Translations under genes and position numbers: made by a program
Shown: positions 9,238 to 18,182 of the stretch, piece after piece
How positions within the stretch are numbered: the first letter of the stretch is position 1
Layout of the letters: every line of letters starts with the position of its first letter
Notes under the pieces: model-generated
The model's database searches: none
Seen by the model: the letters and a program-made list of their open reading frames with translations, nothing else
What the model was told of the DNA's origin: nothing
DNA from: Gammaproteobacteria bacterium
Lineage (GTDB): Bacteria; Pseudomonadota; Gammaproteobacteria; Pseudomonadales; Azotimanducaceae
Length of the DNA: 35,098 bases
Assembly: GCA_003476445.1 (NCBI GenBank)
Contig: DMUF01000037.1
Span: 686-35,783, forward strand
Direction of reading: 5' to 3'

Positions 9238-10329
9238 ATGGGTACACCTGCACGCGTCATCGTTCTGCCCGAGTCCACGTCCCGGCTGCGCATCGAGGAG
9301 CTCGAGCTGCCGGATCCGGGGCCCACACAGGTTGTGGTCAAGCTGTTCGCCTCCGGCATCTGCCATTCGCAGCTGCACCAGATGCATCGGCCGCGCACTG
9401 CGCCCGTGATCCTGGGCCACGAGGCAACGGGAATGGTAGAGAAGATCGGAAGCGAAGTTACCCACGTGAGTCCCGGAGACACCGTCCTGGTGACGTGGGT
9501 ACCGCGCGACGCTGCCGCAGCGCGCCAGCTGCCGGTACGCGCCACACTTCAGGTCAGCGATGGAATCGCGCAATCCGAGAACGTCTTCACCTGGGCTGAT
9601 CACACGCTCGCAGACGAGCAATACGTGGTGAAAGTCGATCCCAACATCCCCCACGACATCACATCGATCATTGGCTGCGCCGTCATGACCGGGGCCGGTG
9701 CCGTCATCAACACCGCTCGCGTGCAGCCAGGTCAGAGCGTCGCGGTCTTCGGCGTTGGCGGTGTCGGCCTCTCCGCGATTGTCGGCGCCAAGGTCGCCGG
9801 CGCCTATCCGATCATTGCAGTCGATCTGGATGACGCAAAGCTCGAGTTCGCCAAGCGCTTTGGTGCGACGCACGGCATCAACGCAGCCAAGGAAGACCCG
9901 GTCGCCGCCATTCATGCCATGACCCAAAGCAAGGATGCCTACACGATTCTTCAGACACCCGTCAGCGGGGTCGATTTCGCGTTCGACTGCATCGGTATCC
10001 GCAAGACCATGGAACAGATCGTGCCCGCGTGTCGCAGCGGTCATTTCGGCGCCCGCGACGGTGGCACCGCCGTGCTGGTCGGCGTGCCGAGCACCAACGT
10101 GGAGCTGAATGCCATGGATGTGCTGCTGCAGGAAAAACACTTTATCGGCAGCATTGGCGGTTCCTGTGCCCCGGACCGGGACTTTCCCACATTCATCGAT
10201 TGGCAGCAGAGCGGCCGGCTTCGTCTCGAAGAGCTGGTTACCCAACGTTTTTCCATAGAGGAAATCAACGAGGCCACCGCTGCCCTGGAAAGTGGCAAGA
10301 TCAGTGGTCGCGCGATTCTGGAATTCTGA
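9238..10329 (+). CDS. zinc-type alcohol dehydrogenase family (MDR) oxidoreductase, atypical because it lacks the structural-zinc Cys cluster
   Basis: Motifs GICHSQLH, GHEATGMVEKIG, IIGCAVMTGAGAV and Rossmann VAVFGVGGVGLSAIVGA. ATG at 9238 is preceded by GAAGGGGA. Confidence 0.85.
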   Translation: MGTPARVIVLPESTSRLRIEELELPDPGPTQVVVKLFASGICHSQLHQMHRPRTAPVILGHEATGMVEKIGSEVTHVSPGDTVLVTWVPRDAAAARQLPVRATLQVSDGIAQSENVFTWADHTLADEQYVVKVDPNIPHDITSIIGCAVMTGAGAVINTARVQPGQSVAVFGVGGVGLSAIVGAKVAGAYPIIAVDLDDAKLEFAKRFGATHGINAAKEDPVAAIHAMTQSKDAYTILQTPVSGVDFAFDCIGIRKTMEQIVPACRSGHFGARDGGTAVLVGVPSTNVELNAMDVLLQEKHFIGSIGGSCAPDRDFPTFIDWQQSGRLRLEELVTQRFSIEEINEATAALESGKISGRAILEF

Positions 10330-10617
10330 ATCGCGCGGGGTCCTGCATCAGCACTGATCCATTGATGCGCGAGCATTCAGTCGTTAGTCTGATGCCGGGA
10401 CCGCGGAGACGAACAGACGGTCAATGCCTAGCAGGGTCCGTTTGTCCGTCAGTCAGTACAGGAAGGCAACGGATGGGCAAGCGTGCTGCGGGGTGACGCT
10501 GCTCGAAGCAAAAATAGGCGGCGTTTCCCCTGACCGGGCGCGCTCGCGACTAGTGTTTTGTTTTTTCTGTGATATCTTTTGCGCCCCGCTAACCAAGCCA
10601 CCAAGAAGAGGCCCAAA

Positions 10618-10875
10618 GTGCAAAAATTAGCGATAGCCATGCTCGCAACCTTCGTGATCGCCGGCTGCGCCACCGTCAAGCCGGAGCGTGTAGACGCACT
10701 CGAGTCCCGCGTAAGCGCTCTTGAAAATCAAGTTGCGACCGCGACCTCGACCGCGAACCGCGCTAGCCAAGAAGCCACTGCTGCGCAAACCGCTGCTCAG
10801 CGCGCGCTGGACGCAGCTAACCAGGCCAACGAGCGCGTACAGCGCATCGCTGAAACCTGCTGCGCACGCAAGTAA
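10618..10875 (+). CDS. Lpp/OprI family alanine-zipper outer-membrane lipoprotein
   Basis: GTG at 10618 with AGAGG 6 nt upstream. Signal peptide plus lipobox VQKLAIAMLATFVIAG-C. The mature part is an Ala/Gln-rich coiled coil ending ANERVQRIAETCCARK, compared with ADEANERALRMLEKASRK in OprI and a YRK terminus in Lpp. The track start at 10579 is a TTG without an RBS. Confidence 0.8.
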   Translation: MQKLAIAMLATFVIAGCATVKPERVDALESRVSALENQVATATSTANRASQEATAAQTAAQRALDAANQANERVQRIAETCCARK

Positions 10876-10900
10876 GCTAAACTTCGGTTAAGCGGAATGC

Positions 10901-11866
10901 TCAAGTCCCGGCGGCAGCGCTTTGCGGCGCTGTCGCCAGGATGCGAACAGGAACCCCGCCCTTCTGTTCCACCGCGCTCTTGACTGAATCCCAGTCAACA
11001 CTCACGTCCCTGCCTGCGATCGCAGCCCTGATCAACTCCTCGAGCTCGCCCGGCTTAGCCAAGCCATAGATGTCCTCGTGTACCTCAACGAAGAGCTCGC
11101 CGTCGCGCCAGCCCACTTTGTAGGGCTCACTAACGATGCGCACCGACTGACCGCTTCGAACCATTTCCGCGAGCGTCTCCACATGGCTGTTATACATGCG
11201 GATGCAACCAAGGCTCGCGGTCTGGCCGACGGCAAAGGGCTGGTTGGTGCCGTGAATGAAATAGCTCGGAATGCCGAGCACGATCGCCATGCTGCCCATC
11301 GGGTTATCCGGACCCGGCGGGACCACCGCGGGCAGCGGATTACCGCGCGCCGCGTGCTCGCGCCGAGCGGTTGGACCTGGATGCCACGAAGGATTGGGCA
11401 CCGCTGTCCGCACTTTGGTGGTCACGATTGGGGTTGGGAAATCGAGTCGTCCGAGCCCAACCGGAAACGTCACCACCATGCGCCCGCCCGGTGGGTAGTA
11501 ATACAGCCGGAACTCCGCCACGTTGATGACCACACCTTCCCTGGGGCCAGAAGGCAATATGTACTTGGTAGGGAGATCGATCACCGTGCCATCACCCGGT
11601 AACCAGGGGTCGACGTCGGGATTCGCATCTACGACCTCACGCCAACCGAGGCCCTGAGCTTCGGCAACGGTAGCCAGCGTATCTTCGTAACGCGTGCGCA
11701 ACGGGATGATCGCACCGACAACCTGCGTATCCCCGCTCATGAGGGAATAGGCGGCCGCTACCGAGTTGCCAGGCGAAAGCGCGCCGAACAGCGCAACGCA
11801 AGCCACGGCAAAAGAGAAAAGACCCGTAGAGATGTGCTTCGTTTTCATGACGCGCATTGTCACCAT
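10901..11866 (-). CDS. L,D-transpeptidase (YkuD domain; ErfK/YbiS/YcfS = LdtA/B/C-like)
   Basis: Blocks closely match my recollection of E. coli LdtB: GVVINVAEFRLYYYPPGG, NPLPAVVPPGPDNPMG and the catalytic HGTNQPFAVGQTASLGCIRM. Has an N-terminal signal peptide. The start could also be the ATG at 11848 (MKTKHISTGLF...). Confidence 0.9.
   Translation of the reverse strand: MVTMRVMKTKHISTGLFSFAVACVALFGALSPGNSVAAAYSLMSGDTQVVGAIIPLRTRYEDTLATVAEAQGLGWREVVDANPDVDPWLPGDGTVIDLPTKYILPSGPREGVVINVAEFRLYYYPPGGRMVVTFPVGLGRLDFPTPIVTTKVRTAVPNPSWHPGPTARREHAARGNPLPAVVPPGPDNPMGSMAIVLGIPSYFIHGTNQPFAVGQTASLGCIRMYNSHVETLAEMVRSGQSVRIVSEPYKVGWRDGELFVEVHEDIYGLAKPGELEELIRAAIAGRDVSVDWDSVKSAVEQKGGVPVRILATAPQSAAAGT
10910..10937 (+). 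terminator. possible terminator hairpin downstream of the Lpp/OprI gene
   Basis: GGCGGCAGCGC (10910-10920) pairs with GCGCTGTCGCC (10927-10937), 11 bp including one G-U, with loop TTTGCG. It lies 35 nt after the lipoprotein stop and inside the last codons of the convergent L,D-transpeptidase gene. There is no U-tract. Confidence 0.25.
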
Positions 11867-11959
11867 TTGCCGTGCGAGTTCCAGATGAGTCCGCGCCGAA
11901 TTTGCTGCGCGACCACGAAAAATGCGACATGACCGCCGAACGCCGACGACCGGCGCATG

Positions 11960-13387
11960 TCAGACCGGCGGATGAGCAGCGAACCCGCTTGCCTCGACCA
12001 GGGCGTGCCCCACCTGCAGCAGGCGCGCTTCGCCAAGCCAGGGTCCGACGAGTTGTATGGAGCGAGGTAACCCTTCCGCACCCACGGACAACGGCAACGT
12101 GATCGTAGGATGACCCGAGTAATTGAACGGGGCCGTGAAGGTTGTAGCCGCGGCCCTGGCCTCGAACTCTGCTTCACGACCCGCAGGCGTGGCACCGGTC
12201 GCTGCATCCATCTCCTCTGCCCGGAGCGGCAACCACGGCATGTTGGGCATTAGCAGCACATCTACCCGAGCGAAGAGCGCGTTCAGCTCCGCACGAAACA
12301 ATTCACGCCGCTGTTCGAGCACGGCGTATTGCTCTGCCGTCGAGCGCAACCCCAGATCCAGAAGGGCCGCGAGCACCGGACCATACTCGGTGCGCCGCGC
12401 GGGAAAGTACGGCGCATGGGCGCGCGCGCATTCAATGCCGCAGGTGATATTCCAGCCTTGCACCAGATCGCGCCAGATCGGCGGCAGGGTGACCTCGACG
12501 ATGCGAGCACCACGCGCAACGAGCTGCTTGGCAGCCTCACGCACCGCCGCCTTCACCGGGGGAGCCACGCCCGCCTCGGCGTACTGCCAGTCCACCCCGA
12601 TCGCGAGACCTTCGATCGACTGGTTGATCGAGCCGAGATAATCCGGAACCGGCTCCGGAAGCGTCGTCGCATCGCGCGCATCCCGCCCCGCGATCACGCC
12701 CAGAATGACGGCGGCATCGGCCACCGTGCGCGTCATCGGACCGATGTGATCCAGGGAATCCGAAAGCGGAAACGCGCCGTGTCGACTCACCCGGCCGTAG
12801 GTCGGCTTCAATCCGACGAGACCACAGCTCGCTGACGGAAAGCGAATGCTGCCGCCCGTGTCGGTACCAAGCGCACCCCAGGCCATCCCAGCCGCGACCG
12901 CGACGCCCGAGCCGGAAGACGATACGCCGGTCCAGCACTCCCGGTCCCAGGGATTGATCGGCGCAGGGATCTGGGGGTGATGCACGGCGAAAGCCCCCTC
13001 CGTGAGTTGCGTCTTGCCGATGATCACCGCACCCGCCTGTTCGAGCCGCTCGACCACGGTGGCTGTCGACGCAGAACGATGCGCAGCCATCACACGCGTA
13101 CCGCTGGCGGTCAGGGTGCCCGCGAGATCCAGCAGATCCTTCACCGCAATCGGCACACCGTGCAGCGTCCCGCGCCATTGGCCGGCACGCGCCTCCGCAT
13201 CCAGCACCCGCGCCGACTGCCGGGCTCGATCACCCAGCACGCTCGCATAGCTGCGCAACCCGGGATCAAGCGCCGCAATACGGTCGAGCATGAGCTCAGT
13301 GAGCTCCTCCGCGGTGCGGGTGCCCTCACGCACGGCAGCGGCCACGGTCGTGAGAGGCTGATAATGCAGCGGCTCCATGTCCTTCAC
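11960..13387 (-). CDS. amidase (amidase-signature family)
   Basis: Amidase-signature motifs SSSGSGVAVAAGMAWGALGTDTGGSIRFPSASCGLVGLKPTYGRVS. The first codon at 13387 is a GTG, with an alternative ATG at 13378. It lies 9 nt downstream of the preceding gene's stop. Confidence 0.9.
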   Translation of the reverse strand: MKDMEPLHYQPLTTVAAAVREGTRTAEELTELMLDRIAALDPGLRSYASVLGDRARQSARVLDAEARAGQWRGTLHGVPIAVKDLLDLAGTLTASGTRVMAAHRSASTATVVERLEQAGAVIIGKTQLTEGAFAVHHPQIPAPINPWDRECWTGVSSSGSGVAVAAGMAWGALGTDTGGSIRFPSASCGLVGLKPTYGRVSRHGAFPLSDSLDHIGPMTRTVADAAVILGVIAGRDARDATTLPEPVPDYLGSINQSIEGLAIGVDWQYAEAGVAPPVKAAVREAAKQLVARGARIVEVTLPPIWRDLVQGWNITCGIECARAHAPYFPARRTEYGPVLAALLDLGLRSTAEQYAVLEQRRELFRAELNALFARVDVLLMPNMPWLPLRAEEMDAATGATPAGREAEFEARAAATTFTAPFNYSGHPTITLPLSVGAEGLPRSIQLVGPWLGEARLLQVGHALVEASGFAAHPPV

Positions 13388-13396
13388 TGTCCCCGT

Positions 13397-14767
13397 TCAG
13401 GCGGGATCGAAGATCTTGCCCGGATTGAGAATTCCCTTCGAATCCAGCGCCCGCTTGAGCGTTCGCATCAGCGCGATCTCCGTCGAGCTGCGACTGATAT
13501 CGAGGTAGGGCTTCTTCTCGAGGCCGACGCCATGTTCCGCCGAGACGGAACCTCCGCTCTTGCGCAGCGGCTCATACACCGCACCTTCAACCCGGCGACG
13601 GACTTCGGGGGTGGGCGTACCTACACCAATCACCAGGTGCAGATTGCCGTCGCCCATGTGGCCAAAGATGTAGCAACGATTGCCGGGAAAGTCTTGATTC
13701 AACCGCGCGGTCACGTCCAAGACATACTGCTGCATCGCCGGGATGGGCATGCTCACATCAAAGGACAGCGTCGGACCGTCGCGGAAACACTGAGCGACGT
13801 CGTCCCGCAACGCCCAAAGCTGACGACGCTGTGTTTCGGACTGTGCCAGTACGGCATCCGCCACCAGGTCCTGCTCGAGCGCACCAGACAGGATCTCCTG
13901 CACCGTGGCATCGGCCGTGCCCATGGCTTCCACAAGTACGTAGTAAGGATAGTGACTCGGCAACGGCGGCTGGTTGGTCGCGGGCGGCGTGGTGACGAGC
14001 GTGTAGAAGTTGTTCCACATCACCTCGAACGCTGAGAGCGTGCCACCAAGTCCCGCATCCATGTATTTGAGGAAGCGGCCCAGTTTGCCGAAGTCGTCGA
14101 CAGCGACCAGCAGCGTTGATTGGTGACGCGGCTGCTCACGCAGCCGCAGAACGGCGCGGGTGATGATTCCCAGCGTGCCTTCGGTACCTATAAAAAGCTG
14201 CTTCAGATCGTATCCCGCGTTGTTCTTGATCATACGGTTCATGCTCGACACCACGGTTCCGTCGGCGAGTACCGCCTCGAGCCCCAGCACCATATCTCGC
14301 GCCATACCGTAACGAATGACCCGATTGCCGCCCGCGTTGGTGGATATGTTGCCGCCAATGGTTGCGGAGCCGCGACCACCCAGGTCGAGCGGAAACAGCA
14401 GCCCCTCGGCTTCAGCCGCCTCCTGAATTCGCTGCAGAACCACGCCACTCTGAACAATCATGGTGCGATCAGCGGCATCCACGGCCTCGATGCGATTCAA
14501 GCGCTCAAGCGACAGCGCAACGTCATCAGGCGTGGTGTCGGCACTGTGTACAAGACCGGTTAATCCGCCGTGGGGTACCACCGGCTGCCCGTAGGCATGA
14601 CAGACTTGCAGCGCTACGCTGACCTGCCGTGTATCGCGCGGACGAATGATCGCCCTGGCCTGGATCGTGTCGCGGCGCCAGATGCCCGCCTGTCGCTCCT
14701 GAACTGCGGCACCGGTGAGTACCGAGTCCTCACCCAACGCCTTCTGCAGGGCCTCGATTACATTCAT
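13397..14767 (-). CDS. FAD-binding oxidoreductase (FAD-linked oxidase, GlcD / D-2-hydroxyacid dehydrogenase-like)
   Basis: Motifs VVPHGGLTGLV, GGNISTNAGGNRVIRYG and C-terminal SAEHGVGLEKKPYL. ATG at 14767 is preceded by GGGGAGA. The track start at 14794 is a GTG. Confidence 0.9.
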   Translation of the reverse strand: MNVIEALQKALGEDSVLTGAAVQERQAGIWRRDTIQARAIIRPRDTRQVSVALQVCHAYGQPVVPHGGLTGLVHSADTTPDDVALSLERLNRIEAVDAADRTMIVQSGVVLQRIQEAAEAEGLLFPLDLGGRGSATIGGNISTNAGGNRVIRYGMARDMVLGLEAVLADGTVVSSMNRMIKNNAGYDLKQLFIGTEGTLGIITRAVLRLREQPRHQSTLLVAVDDFGKLGRFLKYMDAGLGGTLSAFEVMWNNFYTLVTTPPATNQPPLPSHYPYYVLVEAMGTADATVQEILSGALEQDLVADAVLAQSETQRRQLWALRDDVAQCFRDGPTLSFDVSMPIPAMQQYVLDVTARLNQDFPGNRCYIFGHMGDGNLHLVIGVGTPTPEVRRRVEGAVYEPLRKSGGSVSAEHGVGLEKKPYLDISRSSTEIALMRTLKRALDSKGILNPGKIFDPA

Positions 14768-14864
14768 GCGTTCTCCCCGGCACGAGTCCGACACAGCGTG
14801 CGCATCGCGCGTGTCCGTGCTCTATGATGTTGCGTGTTGCCGGAAGCATAAGACAAACAGACCC

Positions 14865-15467
14865 ATGCGCAAGGTGTTCGACCAAGCCTATTACGAACGC
14901 TTTTACCGCAACCCCGGCACGCGTGCGGTTACCCCCGCCGGCGCGGCGCGACAGGCGCAGTTCATTGCCGCCTATCTGCGCTACCTGGATATCTCGGTGA
15001 AGCGGGTTCTCGACATCGGTTGCGGTACCGGACTCGCCCTGCGAGCGCTGCAGCGTGCGATTCCTCGCGCCCTCTGCACTGGCGTCGAATTCAGTGACTA
15101 TCTCTGTGAGCGCTATGGCTGGGAACAGGGCTCGGTCGTGGACTGGCGCGGTCCGGCGCCCTATGACCTCGTCATCTGCAACGATGTGCTTACCTACCTC
15201 GATGACGCCAACTGCGCCCGGGCACTGCGCAACCTGAGCCATCTCACGTGTGGAGCCCTGTTTCTCGGCGTGCTGACGAGCGAGGATGAAGGCGCTTACG
15301 ATCCCGAGCGGACGGATCCCCTGCAGCACCGGCGCGCACTGCGCTGGTACCGAAACCGATTGGCGCAAAACTTCGCGAACGTGGGTGGTGGTTTATACCT
15401 GCGTCGTCCCCTGCAGGTCACCGTCTGGGCGCTGGACAAGCTCGAGCCCACGGGCCGTACGGCATGA
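14865..15467 (+). CDS. class I SAM-dependent methyltransferase
   Basis: SAM motif I VLDIGCGTGLALRAL and motif DLVICNDVLTYL. ATG at 14865. The track ORF from 14715 is an upstream run-on. Confidence 0.8.
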   Translation: MRKVFDQAYYERFYRNPGTRAVTPAGAARQAQFIAAYLRYLDISVKRVLDIGCGTGLALRALQRAIPRALCTGVEFSDYLCERYGWEQGSVVDWRGPAPYDLVICNDVLTYLDDANCARALRNLSHLTCGALFLGVLTSEDEGAYDPERTDPLQHRRALRWYRNRLAQNFANVGGGLYLRRPLQVTVWALDKLEPTGRTA

Positions 15468-15504
15468 CCGGTGCAGCAATCGTAACGGGGTGACAGGTAC
15501 CGAT

Positions 15505-15960
15505 ATGCGTCAGCCCTACAAGACCGCTCGCGTCATCCTGCATCGAGGGGACCGCTTCCTGCTGGCCGTGCACAACAGTTTCTGGCGCACGAGGGACCGG
15601 CGCTGGGGGTTGCCGGGCGGTCAGATCGAACGCGGTGAGGATCCTGCGCGGGCTGCCATGCGCGAACTGCGCGAGGAACTCTATGTGAGCGTTCCGCAGG
15701 TTCAGGAAATCGGCGCTTTCGCCTACAAGCAGTCAATGCACATCGTGTATGCCGCTCCGTGGCACGACGAGATCAATCACTACGATGACATGGAGCTCGA
15801 CGAGATCGGCTGGTTCGAAGAAGGCGCCATTGCAACCCTGAAGACCGAACGACGGCTGCATGCAGGGTGGGAACTCGAAGCCGTGCAGGCATTGCGTCGA
15901 ACGCTCATCAATTCACACGCCAGCGGGCCGGGCGCGGCTCCTTCGGCCCGGCACGACTGA
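15505..15960 (+). CDS. NUDIX hydrolase
   Basis: Near-complete Nudix box GGQIERGEDPARAAMRELREELYV. ATG at 15505, 37 nt after the methyltransferase stop. Confidence 0.8.
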   Translation: MRQPYKTARVILHRGDRFLLAVHNSFWRTRDRRWGLPGGQIERGEDPARAAMRELREELYVSVPQVQEIGAFAYKQSMHIVYAAPWHDEINHYDDMELDEIGWFEEGAIATLKTERRLHAGWELEAVQALRRTLINSHASGPGAAPSARHD

Positions 15961-15974
15961 TCTGTGCGCGCGCT

Positions 15975-16970
15975 TCAGATGCGATAAGCGCGCGCCGCAG
16001 TATCGTGGAACAGCCAGCGTTTCTCTGCAGGAGACGCATCGGCAACCAGTTTCTTGAAGGCGTTCCACAGCACTGCGTACGAGCAGCTCTGCCTGTCCAC
16101 GGGGAAGTTGCTCTCGAACATGCAGCGCTCAACGCCGAAACAGTCGATCGCGTGACGATAGTAGCGCCCCGTGGCGGCCACGATCTCATCCGAAGTCGCT
16201 GGTTGTTCACGTCGATGAAAACCGAAGCCGTTGATCGGCATGACGAGCCCGCCAAGCTTCGCGTACACATTGGGACAGCGGGCAAGCGCCGCTACATCCT
16301 CACGCCACTGGGCAAAGATCTCCCCCTGCCGACCTTCGTAAGGACCAATACCCAGCGGTCCGCCGAAGTGATCGAACACGATCGTCGTGTCCGGAAAGTC
16401 CTGCGCGAGGGCGGTCAGTTCCGGTATCTGGGGATGATAGAGCCAGGCATCGAACGAGAGCCGACGCGGAGCAAGTTCGGCAAACCCTGTGCGGAACCTT
16501 GCATCCAGAAGAATTCCGCGCGGCGGGTTCGTGTGCGCGTTGCGAACGCGCGGATCCGCATCCCAGCTTGCCGCATGGCGAATGCCGCGGAAGCGCGAGC
16601 TCACCTGTTGATGCGCATCCAGCACAGCCCCGACATCAGCACCCAGCATGAGATCGGCAAACCCCACGATGCCTGCACATGCCCTGATTGGACCGTACTG
16701 ACCACTGGCGAACATCGCGGCGACCCCGTTAACGAATTCGGTTTCGCCCACCGGCTGCTCAGCAGCGGGACCATCGGCGCGATACATGCTTGCGCATTCA
16801 ACGAACACCGTGGACACCACATTGTGTCCGCTGCCGGTATCCGCAAGGAGTTCATCCAGCAGATAGCGACTGCCCGGGTGATCCCAGAGGTGATGGTGCG
16901 GATCGCAGATTGGCAGATCCGGCTCGATAATCTCTTCCTGGACCTGCGCGAGCCATACGCTGGGCTGCAT
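15975..16970 (-). CDS. amidohydrolase family protein (amidohydrolase_2)
   Basis: N-terminal ICDPHHHLWD metal motif and C-terminal FESNFPVD. ATG at 16970 is preceded by GGGGGA and lies 20 nt after the frmA stop. The track extension to 17060 overlaps frmA. Confidence 0.85.
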   Translation of the reverse strand: MQPSVWLAQVQEEIIEPDLPICDPHHHLWDHPGSRYLLDELLADTGSGHNVVSTVFVECASMYRADGPAAEQPVGETEFVNGVAAMFASGQYGPIRACAGIVGFADLMLGADVGAVLDAHQQVSSRFRGIRHAASWDADPRVRNAHTNPPRGILLDARFRTGFAELAPRRLSFDAWLYHPQIPELTALAQDFPDTTIVFDHFGGPLGIGPYEGRQGEIFAQWREDVAALARCPNVYAKLGGLVMPINGFGFHRREQPATSDEIVAATGRYYRHAIDCFGVERCMFESNFPVDRQSCSYAVLWNAFKKLVADASPAEKRWLFHDTAARAYRI

Positions 16971-16989
16971 GTTATTCCCCCGATGACAC

Positions 16990-18126
<1,137 letters not shown>

Positions 18127-18182
18127 CTAGCGAGTCATCGAGGAAAAGCAATAGCAGTTACAATGAGCGCCACGGCGGGAGA

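Noticed and set aside
9205-10245. 346-aa minus-strand ORF overlapping the Zn-ADH gene
   Set aside because: This is a shadow ORF typical of GC-rich DNA. Its translation is Arg/Gly/Ala/Asp-rich with no motifs, whereas the plus frame carries clear ADH catalytic and Rossmann motifs.
10424-10679. 68-aa and 76-aa ORFs in the spacer upstream of the lipoprotein gene. The 70-113-aa minus-strand ORFs at 20750-21407 fall in the same class.
   Set aside because: Their translations are Arg/Cys/Pro-rich with no RBS, and they overlap better-supported genes or probable promoter regions. I treat them as non-coding.
12977-14035. 352-aa plus-strand ORF across the amidase / FAD-oxidase junction. Similar long antisense ORFs lie at 244-1023, 15867-17033, 17026-17868, 19762-20739, 27628-28395 and 28547-29398.
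   Set aside because: All lie antisense to genes with strong family signatures. They have Arg/His/Pro-rich low-complexity translations and lack RBS-supported starts. They are artefacts of high GC content.
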